Assembly: GCA_018371855.1 (NCBI GenBank)
Contig: JAHAKD010000007.1
Span: 27,820-91,819, forward strand
Source of the DNA: Clostridium sp.
GTDB taxonomy: Bacteria; Bacillota; Clostridia; TANB77; CAG-508
Reading direction: 5' to 3'
DNA: 64,000 bases
A program made the translations under genes and the position numbers. Within the stretch, counting starts at the first letter, position 1. Each line of letters starts with the position of its first letter. The notes below the pieces were generated by a model, which was given only the letters and a program-made list of their open reading frames with translations, searched no databases and was not told where the DNA came from. Shown here one piece after another: positions 47,967 through 59,454 of this stretch.

Positions 47967-49160
47967 ATGGAAGAAAATAATTTTTCAAAAAGCATTTTTA
48001 TAAAAAGTATAATATTAACAGTATTAGTAACAGCTGTAGTAGCTTCAATGGTTACGATGATTGTAATGAATAATAATGAATCTAGCTCTTTATTAGATAG
48101 AATATCTACTAAGCTAGCAAGTATAGAACAAATAGTTAATAAAGATTATTTAGGGGAAATAGATGAAAATAAAATTTTTGATGAAACAATGAAAGGATAT
48201 GTAGATGGATTAGATGATGAATATTCTCAATATTTTACAAAGGAAGAATTAGAAGAATATAAGACTGACAATATAGAAGGACAATTTGTAGGAATTGGCG
48301 TATATATAGTTCAAGATACAGAGAAGAATGCAATAAGAGTATTAGCTCCAATTAAAGGATCACCAGCAGAAACAGCAGGTATTTTAGCGGGGGACTATAT
48401 AATTCAAGTAGATGGAGTACCTTATACAGGGGAGCAAATTACAGAAGCAACTAATAAAATGAAAGGTCAAGAAGGAACAACTGTAAAAATTCAAGTATTA
48501 AGAGGAGAAGAAACGTTAGATTTTGAGGTGGAAAGAAAGAATGTACGAGTTAATCCTATAGAATCTATTGTTTATGACAATAATATAGGATATATAAAGA
48601 TTTCTAGTTTTGACCAAGGATGTAGTAAAGAGTTTACTACGAAATTACAAGAACTAAAAAATCAAAATATAGAATCATTAATTATAGATTTAAGAAATAA
48701 TGGTGGAGGAATTGTAGACGAAGCAACAGCCATTGCAGATTTGTTTACAGATAAAGGAAGCACGTTGTTAATAACAAAAGATAAAGATGGAAATGAAGAT
48801 ATTACATATGCAGAAAGTGATAAAGCGATTGATGTTCCTATAATAGTTTTAACAAACGAGAATACAGCAAGCGCTTCAGAAATATTAGCAGGAGCATTAA
48901 AAGATAACAATGTGGCAAAGATTGTAGGAACCACTACATTTGGAAAAGGAGTAATACAAGAGTTATTAACAATGAAGGATGGAACAGGCTTAAAACTTAC
49001 AACAAATGAATATTATACTCCAAATAGAAGCAAAATAAACAAAGTAGGTATAGAACCAGATGAAAATGTTGAATTATCTGACGAGTATAAAAATGTAATA
49101 ACAGTACCACAAGATCAAGATACTCAATTAAATAAAGCAATAGAATTACTAAAAGAATAG
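47967..49160 (+). CDS. ctpA: Carboxyl-terminal processing protease (S41 family, PDZ domain)
   Basis: PDZ segment GSPAETAGILAGDYIIQVDG; S41 catalytic region LIIDLRNNGGG. Confidence 0.88.
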   Translation: MEENNFSKSIFIKSIILTVLVTAVVASMVTMIVMNNNESSSLLDRISTKLASIEQIVNKDYLGEIDENKIFDETMKGYVDGLDDEYSQYFTKEELEEYKTDNIEGQFVGIGVYIVQDTEKNAIRVLAPIKGSPAETAGILAGDYIIQVDGVPYTGEQITEATNKMKGQEGTTVKIQVLRGEETLDFEVERKNVRVNPIESIVYDNNIGYIKISSFDQGCSKEFTTKLQELKNQNIESLIIDLRNNGGGIVDEATAIADLFTDKGSTLLITKDKDGNEDITYAESDKAIDVPIIVLTNENTASASEILAGALKDNNVAKIVGTTTFGKGVIQELLTMKDGTGLKLTTNEYYTPNRSKINKVGIEPDENVELSDEYKNVITVPQDQDTQLNKAIELLKE

Positions 49161-49172
49161 AGGAGATAAAAA

Positions 49173-50573
49173 ATGAAACATGCACAACGTCAAAAGAAAA
49201 AGAATATTACAACACAAAGAAAACAAATTTATATAATAATAGCTATAATAACAATAATACTATTGACTGCAACAGGAGTTTTAGGTGTTAAAATTGCAAA
49301 AAATGGACTATCATTAAAAGGTATGTTAATGACAAGTATAGGTCAAGATGAAAAAGATATTCAAAATTTAGATCCATTTTATTGTTTAGTAATGGGCATA
49401 AGTGAAGATATAGAAGCTAAATTAACAGATACTATCATGCTTTGTGCATATTATCCAAATGAACAAAAAGTATCTATTCTTTCAATACCAAGAGATACAT
49501 TTGTAGGGAATAGTACAACTAGTGCAGATTCATATGATAAAATAAATGCATTATATCAAACTTCACCGGAAAAAACTCTAGAGGCTGTTAGAAATTTAAC
49601 GGGAATAGATGTTAGAAATTATGTTGTAATTAGTAATAATGCATTAAGAGATGTAGTAGATGAAATTGGTGGTGTGTATTTTGATGTTCCTATGAATATG
49701 AATTATGATGATTGGGGGCAAAAATTGCATATAAATTTAAAAAAAGGATATCAACTATTAGATGGTGATAAAGCGGAGCAATTAGTTCGTTTTAGACATA
49801 ATAATGACGGAACAACATATCCTTCAGAATATGGTACACAAGATATAGGTAGAATGAGAACTCAAAGAGAATTTTTAAAAGCAGCAGCAACACAAATTTT
49901 ATCAGGAAATAATATTTTTAAAATAGATGATATAATGCAAGTTGTTTTTGAAAATATAGAAACTAATTTAAAAATGGAAGATATAATAAAATATATTCCT
50001 TCTGCAACTGAATTTAATCCAGAGAATATACAGTCAGAGATGCTTCCAGGAGTGGCTGATTATATTGGAGTGCTATCTTTCTATGTAAATGATGAAGAAG
50101 AAACAAATGCATTAGTAAGTTCTTTATTTGGTCTAACAGAAGAGCAAATAGAAGCTAATAAAGAAAAATTTGAAAAAGAAAGTGGAAAGAAAATACGTAC
50201 TACGACAAATACAAAAAACAATAGCTCAAGTAGTAAGAATACTACTAAAAAAAATACTAATACGAAGAGTACAACCACAAATTCTAATAAAAATAGTTCG
50301 AATACTAATACTTCAGGTGGAAACACTAATACAGGTAAGACTCCTTCAAATCCTTCTGATAACAATGGAGAAACAGGAAATAGTGGAAGTGAATCAAATT
50401 CAGGAAATGGCTCAGGTTCTAATAGTGGTTCAGAAAATGGGTCAGAATCAGGCTCTGGTAATGGGTCAGAATCAGGTTCAGGTAGTGGAAATGAAAGTGG
50501 CTCAGGTTCTGATGGTGAAACAGGAAGTGGTTCTGAAACAAAGCCAGGAAATGGAGAAACTACAACTGAATAA
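49173..50573 (+). CDS. LytR-CpsA-Psr (LCP) family cell-wall polymer transferase with a long S/N/T/G-rich C-terminal tail
   Basis: TM anchor plus LCP core (…DTIMLCAYYPNEQKVSILSIPRDTFV…). Confidence 0.85.
   Translation: MKHAQRQKKKNITTQRKQIYIIIAIITIILLTATGVLGVKIAKNGLSLKGMLMTSIGQDEKDIQNLDPFYCLVMGISEDIEAKLTDTIMLCAYYPNEQKVSILSIPRDTFVGNSTTSADSYDKINALYQTSPEKTLEAVRNLTGIDVRNYVVISNNALRDVVDEIGGVYFDVPMNMNYDDWGQKLHINLKKGYQLLDGDKAEQLVRFRHNNDGTTYPSEYGTQDIGRMRTQREFLKAAATQILSGNNIFKIDDIMQVVFENIETNLKMEDIIKYIPSATEFNPENIQSEMLPGVADYIGVLSFYVNDEEETNALVSSLFGLTEEQIEANKEKFEKESGKKIRTTTNTKNNSSSSKNTTKKNTNTKSTTTNSNKNSSNTNTSGGNTNTGKTPSNPSDNNGETGNSGSESNSGNGSGSNSGSENGSESGSGNGSESGSGSGNESGSGSDGETGSGSETKPGNGETTTE
50380..50560 (+). 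repeat. Imperfect short tandem repeats encoding (G-S-G-N/E-S)n inside the LCP tail
   Basis: …AATGGGTCAGAATCAGGCTCTGGTAATGGGTCAGAATCAGGTTCAGGTAGTGGAAATGAAAGTGGCTCAGGTTCT…. Confidence 0.6.
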
Positions 50574-50580
50574 AATAAGT

Positions 50581-50610
50581 AAAGAGAACAATTTATGTTC
50601 TCTTTTTCTA
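50581..50610. terminator. Bidirectional terminator
   Basis: AAAGAGAACAatttaTGTTCTCTTTTT. Confidence 0.65.
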
Positions 50611-50618
50611 TATAAAAA

Positions 50619-51242
50619 TTATTTAGTTAAATCAATAACTTTAGTTAAAATATCACCATATTTTTCTATTGCGGTTTCTCCTTTATTTACTAAAAAATTA
50701 TCGATGGAAATATCTGATATATCATGCTTTTCAACAGTATTATTAATATTTTTATAGACTATAGAAGATATAGATTGTTTAGTACCATTTATTAGGTCTA
50801 ATGTATCTTGTGCATTTACTTTTACAAGTCCGGTTACTTCACTAGTATCAAAATTAAAATCTTTTCCATTACCATTATATTCACAAACATAAACATTGGA
50901 AAATGCTCTATCTCGAAACATAGAACCATCACTTTTTTGTTTGTCCATAGTAAAAGTATATATATTTACAAGCTCCGCTTTTTCATAATTTACATTAATT
51001 CCAATTTCTTCTTTAATTTCTCGTGCAAATCCTTGTTTAACAGTTTCTCCGGCTTTAATATGTCCAGATGCAGTCGTATATAATTTATTAACATCTGCTC
51101 TTATTTGGAAATAAACATTACCTTCTTTATCATATAGCCAGCAATGAACTGTTTTGTGCCATAGAGCGTTTTTATGTACATTTTCTCTTGTTTCTTTTCC
51201 AATATAATTTCCGTTTTCATCATAGATATCTAAGTATTCCAT
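50619..51242 (-). CDS. NUDIX hydrolase
   Basis: Nudix box GHIKAGETVKQGFAREIKEEIGI (GX5EX7REUXEEXGU). Confidence 0.85.
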   Translation of the reverse strand: MEYLDIYDENGNYIGKETRENVHKNALWHKTVHCWLYDKEGNVYFQIRADVNKLYTTASGHIKAGETVKQGFAREIKEEIGINVNYEKAELVNIYTFTMDKQKSDGSMFRDRAFSNVYVCEYNGNGKDFNFDTSEVTGLVKVNAQDTLDLINGTKQSISSIVYKNINNTVEKHDISDISIDNFLVNKGETAIEKYGDILTKVIDLTK

Positions 51243-51321
51243 ATTAGTTCTCCCTTAATAATAAATTGTAAATTTATTGTAGCATAATAACATCATAATT
51301 TAAATAAGATATTATTTTTAA

Positions 51322-51354
51322 TAAATAAAAAACTGCACTCATTTTGAGTGCAGC
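51322..51354 (-). terminator. Rho-independent terminator of the GC-rich gene
   Basis: CTGCACTCAttttGAGTGCAG preceded by an A-run on the plus strand (a T-run on the minus strand). Confidence 0.65.
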
Positions 51355-51369
51355 AAACAATTTGTTTTT

Positions 51370-51786
51370 TTACCAGCAACTTGCGAGGTTCCAGATCCAA
51401 ACATCAAGGCCATAGGAAGCATCACTGATAACAACAATGAAGTTGCTTCCAGCATGTGCAATCAACTGAGGATTGCTTACTTCAGTCAGGATCTTCTGAA
51501 TGTCAGAGGTGCGTTGTGTGTTGCAAGCACCATTGTGAGGCTGATGTACAAGGATTTTATCAGCATGCACATTCTTCTTAACGATGGCAGAAAGCACATC
51601 GTAAGCGATAGGATCGGTACTGAAAGCCTTGTCACAAGTCTGAGTGTCGGGAGAGCATTTTACTTCATCTTCCTTTTCATACACTACACTAGAACCAATC
51701 AAACTCCACAGACCAACCAAACGATTGTCACTACTAAGGTCAACCCACTGACACGGACAGTAACCTTCACTTTCAAATTTTGCCAT
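51370..51786 (-). CDS. Hypothetical Cys-rich 138-aa protein encoded by a markedly GC-rich (about 45%) island
   Basis: AGGAGG RBS before the ATG at 51786 (MAKFESEGYCPCQWVDLSSDNRLVGLW…VHQPHNGACNTQRTSDIQ…SDASYGLDVWIWNLASCW). It has its own terminator. Its composition contrasts sharply with the roughly 28% GC flanks, and a tRNA-Thr gene lies 270 bp away. Confidence 0.6.
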   Translation of the reverse strand: MAKFESEGYCPCQWVDLSSDNRLVGLWSLIGSSVVYEKEDEVKCSPDTQTCDKAFSTDPIAYDVLSAIVKKNVHADKILVHQPHNGACNTQRTSDIQKILTEVSNPQLIAHAGSNFIVVISDASYGLDVWIWNLASCW

Positions 51787-51830
51787 AATGTTTCCTCCTG
51801 CGTAATAACGCGAATCAAGATTAATAAAGT

Positions 51831-51855
51831 TACTAATGAAATACATTCATTAGTA
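51831..51855. promoter_or_regulatory. Perfect 10-5-10 palindrome TACTAATGAA-ATACA-TTCATTAGTA overlapping the putative -10 (TATAAT on the minus strand) of the GC-rich gene, a candidate operator
   Basis: The palindrome is read directly from the sequence and lies between the -10 element and the RBS of the 51786 gene. Confidence 0.5.
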
Positions 51856-52115
51856 TAATTATAACATAATTTACATAAAATTTCAAACTATAATATTTTG
51901 GGACTTGTTAGAGTGTTTATTTCCTATTATAGTATTTTGAAATCCTTTTAAAATACTATTAAAACTTTATACATTTGCAAGGCAATAAATTTTTCTATAC
52001 AATTATCTATATTGCTAATACAACTTACTAAAATAATTTTTTCGCAAATAAAAAAATCAATCATTTCTGATTGATTACTATATTAAAGTTCGAATGGTTC
52101 GAACAAAAACGTCAC

Positions 52116-52191
52116 TGGTGCCATTGGGCAGAATCGAACTGCCGACCTTCGGGTTACGAATCCGCTGCTCTACCAACTAAGCTACAACGGC
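52116..52191 (-). tRNA. tRNA-Thr (anticodon CGU), with an imperfect anticodon stem
   Basis: The minus-strand read is GCCGTTGTAGCTTAGTTGGTAGAGCAGCGGATTCGTAACCCGAAGGTCGGCAGTTCGATTCTGCCCAATGGCACCA. Acceptor, D-arm and T-arm are canonical. The loop is TTCGTAA, and the anticodon stem has two mismatches. Confidence 0.65.
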
Positions 52192-52357
52192 ATAAATATG
52201 TTTATAACCAAAAATAAAAGACTTAATTTTAAACACAGCTATAATTTTATACTTAAAAAATAACAAAAGCAATAGTTTTTTAGTTATTTTATAGAAATTT
52301 CAAAAGTATTATGGTAAAATACTATGGACTACAAAAATAAAGAAGAAGGAAGAAAAT

Positions 52358-53263
52358 ATGGGATTTTTTAGTAAATTAAAAGAAGGTTTAAGTAAAACAA
52401 AAAATTCATTTGATGAAAAGATAAATAATGTATTTAGTCACTTTAGAAAAGTAGACGAGGAGCTTTTAGAAGAATTAGAAGAAGCACTAATTATGTCAGA
52501 TGTTGGAATGGATACATCGTTAGAAATAATTTCAAACTTAAGAGATAGAATAAAAAAAGAAAAAATAGAAGATGAAGAAGATGTAAAAAGAGTATTACGA
52601 GAGGAAATGCTAAAACTTCTAGATGTGGGAAATAATGATTTAAAATTAGAAACTACTCCAGCAATAATATTAGTTGTAGGAGTAAATGGTGTAGGAAAGA
52701 CAACTTCAATAGGAAAAATTGCCAATAAACTTGTAAAAGAAGGTAAGAAGGTAGTAATTGCAGCTGCAGATACATTTAGAGCAGCAGCAGTAGAGCAACT
52801 AGAGATTTGGGCTAACCGAGTTGGATGCGAAATGGTAAAAAAAGACGAAGGTTCAGATCCAGCTTCTGTAGTATTTGATGCCATAAAAATTGCAAAAGAC
52901 AAAAATGCTGATGTATTAATTTGTGATACAGCAGGAAGACTTCACAATAAAAAATATCTAATGGATGAATTAGGAAAGATTAATAAGATTATAAATAAAG
53001 AACTACCCGATGCAACAAAGGAAACATTATTAGTACTAGATGGTACAACAGGACAAAATGCTATAATGCAAGTAAAAGCTTTTAAAGAGACTGTAGATAT
53101 AACCGGTTTAGTATTAACAAAATTAGATGGAACTGCAAAGGGTGGAGTTGTAATAGGAATAGTTGCAGAAAATAAGATACCAGTTAAATTTATTGGTGTC
53201 GGAGAACAAATAGATGATATGGAAAAATTTAATGCAGAAGATTTTGTGAATGCAATTATATAA
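52358..53263 (+). CDS. ftsY: Signal recognition particle receptor FtsY
   Basis: [22 protein letters not shown]…DTAGRL SRP GTPase. It is a short form with no long acidic N-domain. Confidence 0.93.
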   Translation: MGFFSKLKEGLSKTKNSFDEKINNVFSHFRKVDEELLEELEEALIMSDVGMDTSLEIISNLRDRIKKEKIEDEEDVKRVLREEMLKLLDVGNNDLKLETTPAIILVVGVNGVGKTTSIGKIANKLVKEGKKVVIAAADTFRAAAVEQLEIWANRVGCEMVKKDEGSDPASVVFDAIKIAKDKNADVLICDTAGRLHNKKYLMDELGKINKIINKELPDATKETLLVLDGTTGQNAIMQVKAFKETVDITGLVLTKLDGTAKGGVVIGIVAENKIPVKFIGVGEQIDDMEKFNAEDFVNAII

Positions 53264-53277
53264 TGGAGGTAAAAAAG

Positions 53278-56121
53278 ATGGAAGAAAAAGTAGAAGCTAA
53301 AACACAAGTAAAGCCAGAAAAGAAAACAAAAACTAGAATGTTATTAGTACTATTATTTTTAGTTATAGTAGCAATAATAGGATATATTGCATTAAGAGGG
53401 CAATATTTAGAATTGCTAGAAATAGGAGAAAATTATACTTCTGTTTTTTGGCAAAATCTTACCTATAAATCAGTAGCTTTTGGAATAAGTTTTGTAATAT
53501 TATTTATAATAATATATTTAACTAATAAAGGAATAAAAAAAGAATTAAAACCATTTTTCGATGCAGAAAAAAGGCCAGTTCCAAAACTTTTAAATAAATC
53601 ATTAGCATTGGTTGTTTCAATTATAGGCAGTGCTATCATAATGAATGTATTTACAGAAAATGCAATGTTATTTGTAAATAGTACTCAATTTGGTATAGGT
53701 GATCCTATATTTAATTTGGACATTGGATATTTTATTTTTCAAAAACCATTTATAGAAATGATACTTATGCTTTTAATTAGTATAACAATTTGCGTATTAG
53801 TATATTCAGTAATATATTATATAGTTACATTTAATGTATGTTTTGATGGAATAGATAGAAATACATTAAAACAAAGTAATTTGGTAAATAAAATTTTTAA
53901 ATATATAAAAATAGTTGTTGTATTTTTAGGTGTTTATATTATTTTTAAAACTCAAGATTTAGGAATAGACCAAAGTGTAACATTACAAGACAATGATTCA
54001 ACAAGAATATATGGTGCAGGACTAACAAGTGTTACAATTAAACTATGGGGATATGTAATATTTGCTATACTAATGGTAGTTGCAGTCTTTAAAGCAATTA
54101 AATTCTTTAAAGAAAAGAAAACTAAAAAAGTAGTAATTTCACTTGTAACTATACCAGGTTATTTATTAGCATTATTCATAGTAATGACAGTATTCCAATT
54201 TGCTTTTGTTAAACCTAATGAATTAGATAGAGAAAAGCAATATATAGAAGCAAATATTAAAAATACAAGAACTGCATATAATATAAATGTTCAAGAGAAT
54301 GAATTAGATAGTTCAGAATATAATGATTTAGACGTAGTAAATGATAATTCAGAAACAATAAATAATACAGCAATAGTTAGTCAAGATATAACATTAGATA
54401 CTTTAAATGATAATCAAACAAGTTCTAATTATTACAGCTATAGCAATTCACAAATAGGCAAATATGATATTAATGGAAACGAAGAATTAGTTTATTTATC
54501 ACCAAGACAAATAGAAAGTAAAAACAATACAAGTTATAATAACAAAACATATGAATATACTCATGGGTATGGAACAGTAGTTACATCAGCGACAGAAACT
54601 GACGAGACTGGAAATATGGAATATATTCAAAAATCATTTGATGGAAGTGACAATAAAATAAATGTAACACAACCTAGAATTTATTTTGGTCTTGATGAAA
54701 ATACACCAATAGTTACAAACTCAAAGGATAAGTCAGAATTTGATTATCCAAAATCTGATACAGAGACTGCACAAAATATTTATGATGGAAGCGCAGGTAT
54801 TACAACAAACTTTTTAGATAGATTAGTATTAGGAATAAGAGAAAAGAACTTAAATATAACATTTTCTTCAAGTATAACAAATGAAAGTAAAATATTATTA
54901 AATAGAAATATATTAGAAAGAGTTGAAAAGGTATTTCCATATGTAATTTATGATGAAAATCCATATCAAGTAATTACATCAGACGGAAGAATCGTGTGGG
55001 TAATAGATGGTTATACAACAGCTTCTAATTATCCATATTCACAAATGTCTGTTATAGAAAGAAATGGAACAAGAGAAAGACTAAACTATATTAGAAATTC
55101 TGTAAAAGTTGTAGTTGATAGCTATAATGGAACTGTCGATTTTTATATTACAGATACAACAGACCCAATAATAATGGCATATAAAGAAATTTATCCAGCT
55201 CTATTTAAAACAAAGGAAGAAATACCACAAGATATAGCAGAACACTTTGTTTATCCAGAACTTTTATATAACATACAAGCAGATATGTTAGAAAGATATC
55301 ATAATGTTAAAGCAGATGTTTTATATAGAAGCAGTGACGTATGGGATAGAGCAACACATACAGCAGGTCAAACATTAAGAACTACAGGAACACCTATAGA
55401 CCCATATTATACAATGGTAAAAACAGTTGATAGTGAAGAATCACAATTAGGATTAGTCTTACCATATACATTAGATGAAAGACAAAGCTTAATTTCTTAT
55501 CTAGTAGGAACATATGATGATAATGGAAATAGTAAATTAACACTATATAAATATTCTGTAGATAGCAATATAATTGGACCAATGCAATTAGATACTCAGA
55601 TAGAACAAGATGAAGAAATATCATCAACATTACAAAATTTAAATGTTACAGGAACAAGATTAATAAGAAATATGATAATGGTTCCAATAGATAATACAAT
55701 TTTATATGTAGAGCCAATATATCAAGTAATGTTAAATGAATCTGAGGTTCCAGTGCTTAAAAAAGTAATAGTTGCAGTAGGTAATAAAGTGGCAATAGGA
55801 AATAATTTGACAGAAGCGTTAAGAAATCTTGGTTCTCAATCTGCAATAAATATAGAGGTTTCAAATACAGATGATATTAATTCGATAATAGAAGAAATAA
55901 TAAAGGCAAATAAAAATGTAGAAAACTCAACGCAAAATAATGATTGGGATATGATAGGTAGTGATATGTCAAGCTTACAATCACTAATTGATAGATTAGA
56001 AGAACTAGTAACAGAACAAAAGGAACAAGAAGCAAAAGAGGCTGATGGAACATCAGATGAAAATACAATAACTGATGATACAAATTCAATAGATATGAGA
56101 GCAGTAAATGAAATTGAATAA
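53278..56121 (+). CDS. UPF0182-family large membrane protein (7-TM N-terminal domain plus a large extracytoplasmic domain)
   Basis: About 950 aa. The N-terminal multi-TM region is followed by a long soluble region, and the overall architecture is typical of UPF0182/COG1615 proteins in Clostridia and Actinobacteria. GGAGG lies before the ATG at 53278. Confidence 0.6.
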   Translation: MEEKVEAKTQVKPEKKTKTRMLLVLLFLVIVAIIGYIALRGQYLELLEIGENYTSVFWQNLTYKSVAFGISFVILFIIIYLTNKGIKKELKPFFDAEKRPVPKLLNKSLALVVSIIGSAIIMNVFTENAMLFVNSTQFGIGDPIFNLDIGYFIFQKPFIEMILMLLISITICVLVYSVIYYIVTFNVCFDGIDRNTLKQSNLVNKIFKYIKIVVVFLGVYIIFKTQDLGIDQSVTLQDNDSTRIYGAGLTSVTIKLWGYVIFAILMVVAVFKAIKFFKEKKTKKVVISLVTIPGYLLALFIVMTVFQFAFVKPNELDREKQYIEANIKNTRTAYNINVQENELDSSEYNDLDVVNDNSETINNTAIVSQDITLDTLNDNQTSSNYYSYSNSQIGKYDINGNEELVYLSPRQIESKNNTSYNNKTYEYTHGYGTVVTSATETDETGNMEYIQKSFDGSDNKINVTQPRIYFGLDENTPIVTNSKDKSEFDYPKSDTETAQNIYDGSAGITTNFLDRLVLGIREKNLNITFSSSITNESKILLNRNILERVEKVFPYVIYDENPYQVITSDGRIVWVIDGYTTASNYPYSQMSVIERNGTRERLNYIRNSVKVVVDSYNGTVDFYITDTTDPIIMAYKEIYPALFKTKEEIPQDIAEHFVYPELLYNIQADMLERYHNVKADVLYRSSDVWDRATHTAGQTLRTTGTPIDPYYTMVKTVDSEESQLGLVLPYTLDERQSLISYLVGTYDDNGNSKLTLYKYSVDSNIIGPMQLDTQIEQDEEISSTLQNLNVTGTRLIRNMIMVPIDNTILYVEPIYQVMLNESEVPVLKKVIVAVGNKVAIGNNLTEALRNLGSQSAINIEVSNTDDINSIIEEIIKANKNVENSTQNNDWDMIGSDMSSLQSLIDRLEELVTEQKEQEAKEADGTSDENTITDDTNSIDMRAVNEIE

Positions 56122-56129
56122 GAATTCCA

Positions 56130-56165
56130 AAAAACACACACCATAATATTGGGTGTGTGTTTTTA
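56130..56165. terminator. Bidirectional terminator
   Basis: AAAAACACACACCataatattGGGTGTGTGTTTTT. Confidence 0.7.
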
Positions 56166-56458
56166 TGTTAGAAAAAGATATTAAAATATTGATAGAGAAA
56201 ATAGATAAATTAAGTTATAATCTAAATAAAAATAAATTTATAGATTTAATTGAGGTAATGGGAAATAAAAAAGAAATGATCTTTAGAAACTTATTTTCTG
56301 GATTATGGAAGGGGATAGGAATAGGTATAGGTGTAACATTAGTAACTGCAATAATTATATTGATTTTACAAAAAATAATTAAATTAAATATACCAATAAT
56401 TAGTGAATATATAACCGATATAGTAGAAATTGTCGAAAAAACAAAGTCGATTAGATAA
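56165..56458 (+). CDS. Small hypothetical membrane protein
   Basis: MLEKDIKILIEKIDKLSYNLNKNK… with a C-terminal TM helix GIGIGIGVTLVTAIIILIL. This is a weak call. Confidence 0.35.
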   Translation: MLEKDIKILIEKIDKLSYNLNKNKFIDLIEVMGNKKEMIFRNLFSGLWKGIGIGIGVTLVTAIIILILQKIIKLNIPIISEYITDIVEIVEKTKSIR

Positions 56459-56544
56459 ATAAATTGTATAAATTGTAAAAATATACTTTAAAAATAAAGA
56501 TAGATTGTATATAATAATGTATATCAAAAACGGAGGGAGTACAA

Positions 56545-59134
<2,590 letters not shown>

Positions 59135-59153
59135 ATGCAGAAAGGAATTTAAT

Positions 59154-59390
59154 ATGGATGGAAAGTATACATTCGAGAGATTTGAAAAAGAATTAGATGA
59201 CGGATATCAAATGTATTACACATATGTAAGAAATAGATATTTATTATTTAAAACTGCAGAAAATTGTTATACCCAAAAATTAATATCTGATCATCCTAAA
59301 AATCCACAACCAAGGCAAACTGTAATAACACATAAAAGAATTGCAGAAATGTTTCCTTTTATGGAAGATATAGAATATAAGATCACATAA
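59154..59390 (+). CDS. Small hypothetical protein (78 aa) downstream of ligA
   Basis: MDGKYTFERFEKELDDGYQMYYTYVRNRYLLFKTAENCY…; no recognisable family. Confidence 0.4.
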   Translation: MDGKYTFERFEKELDDGYQMYYTYVRNRYLLFKTAENCYTQKLISDHPKNPQPRQTVITHKRIAEMFPFMEDIEYKIT

Positions 59391-59454
59391 GAGATAATTA
59401 TATCCTATGTTTGTAGGAGTTAATTATATAAAAAATAAACTAAGGAGGAAAAAA

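Noticed and set aside
50170-50757. 195-aa plus-strand ORF overlapping the LCP tail in another frame
   Set aside because: It is a low-complexity frame-shifted read-through of the repetitive S/G/N tail region, it runs into the minus-strand NUDIX gene, and it has no start context.
51454-51858. 134-aa plus-strand ORF antisense to the GC-rich gene
   Set aside because: It has no RBS or promoter. The minus-strand ORF has AGGAGG, ATG, a terminator and an operator, so the plus-strand ORF is a mirror artefact of the high-GC coding region.
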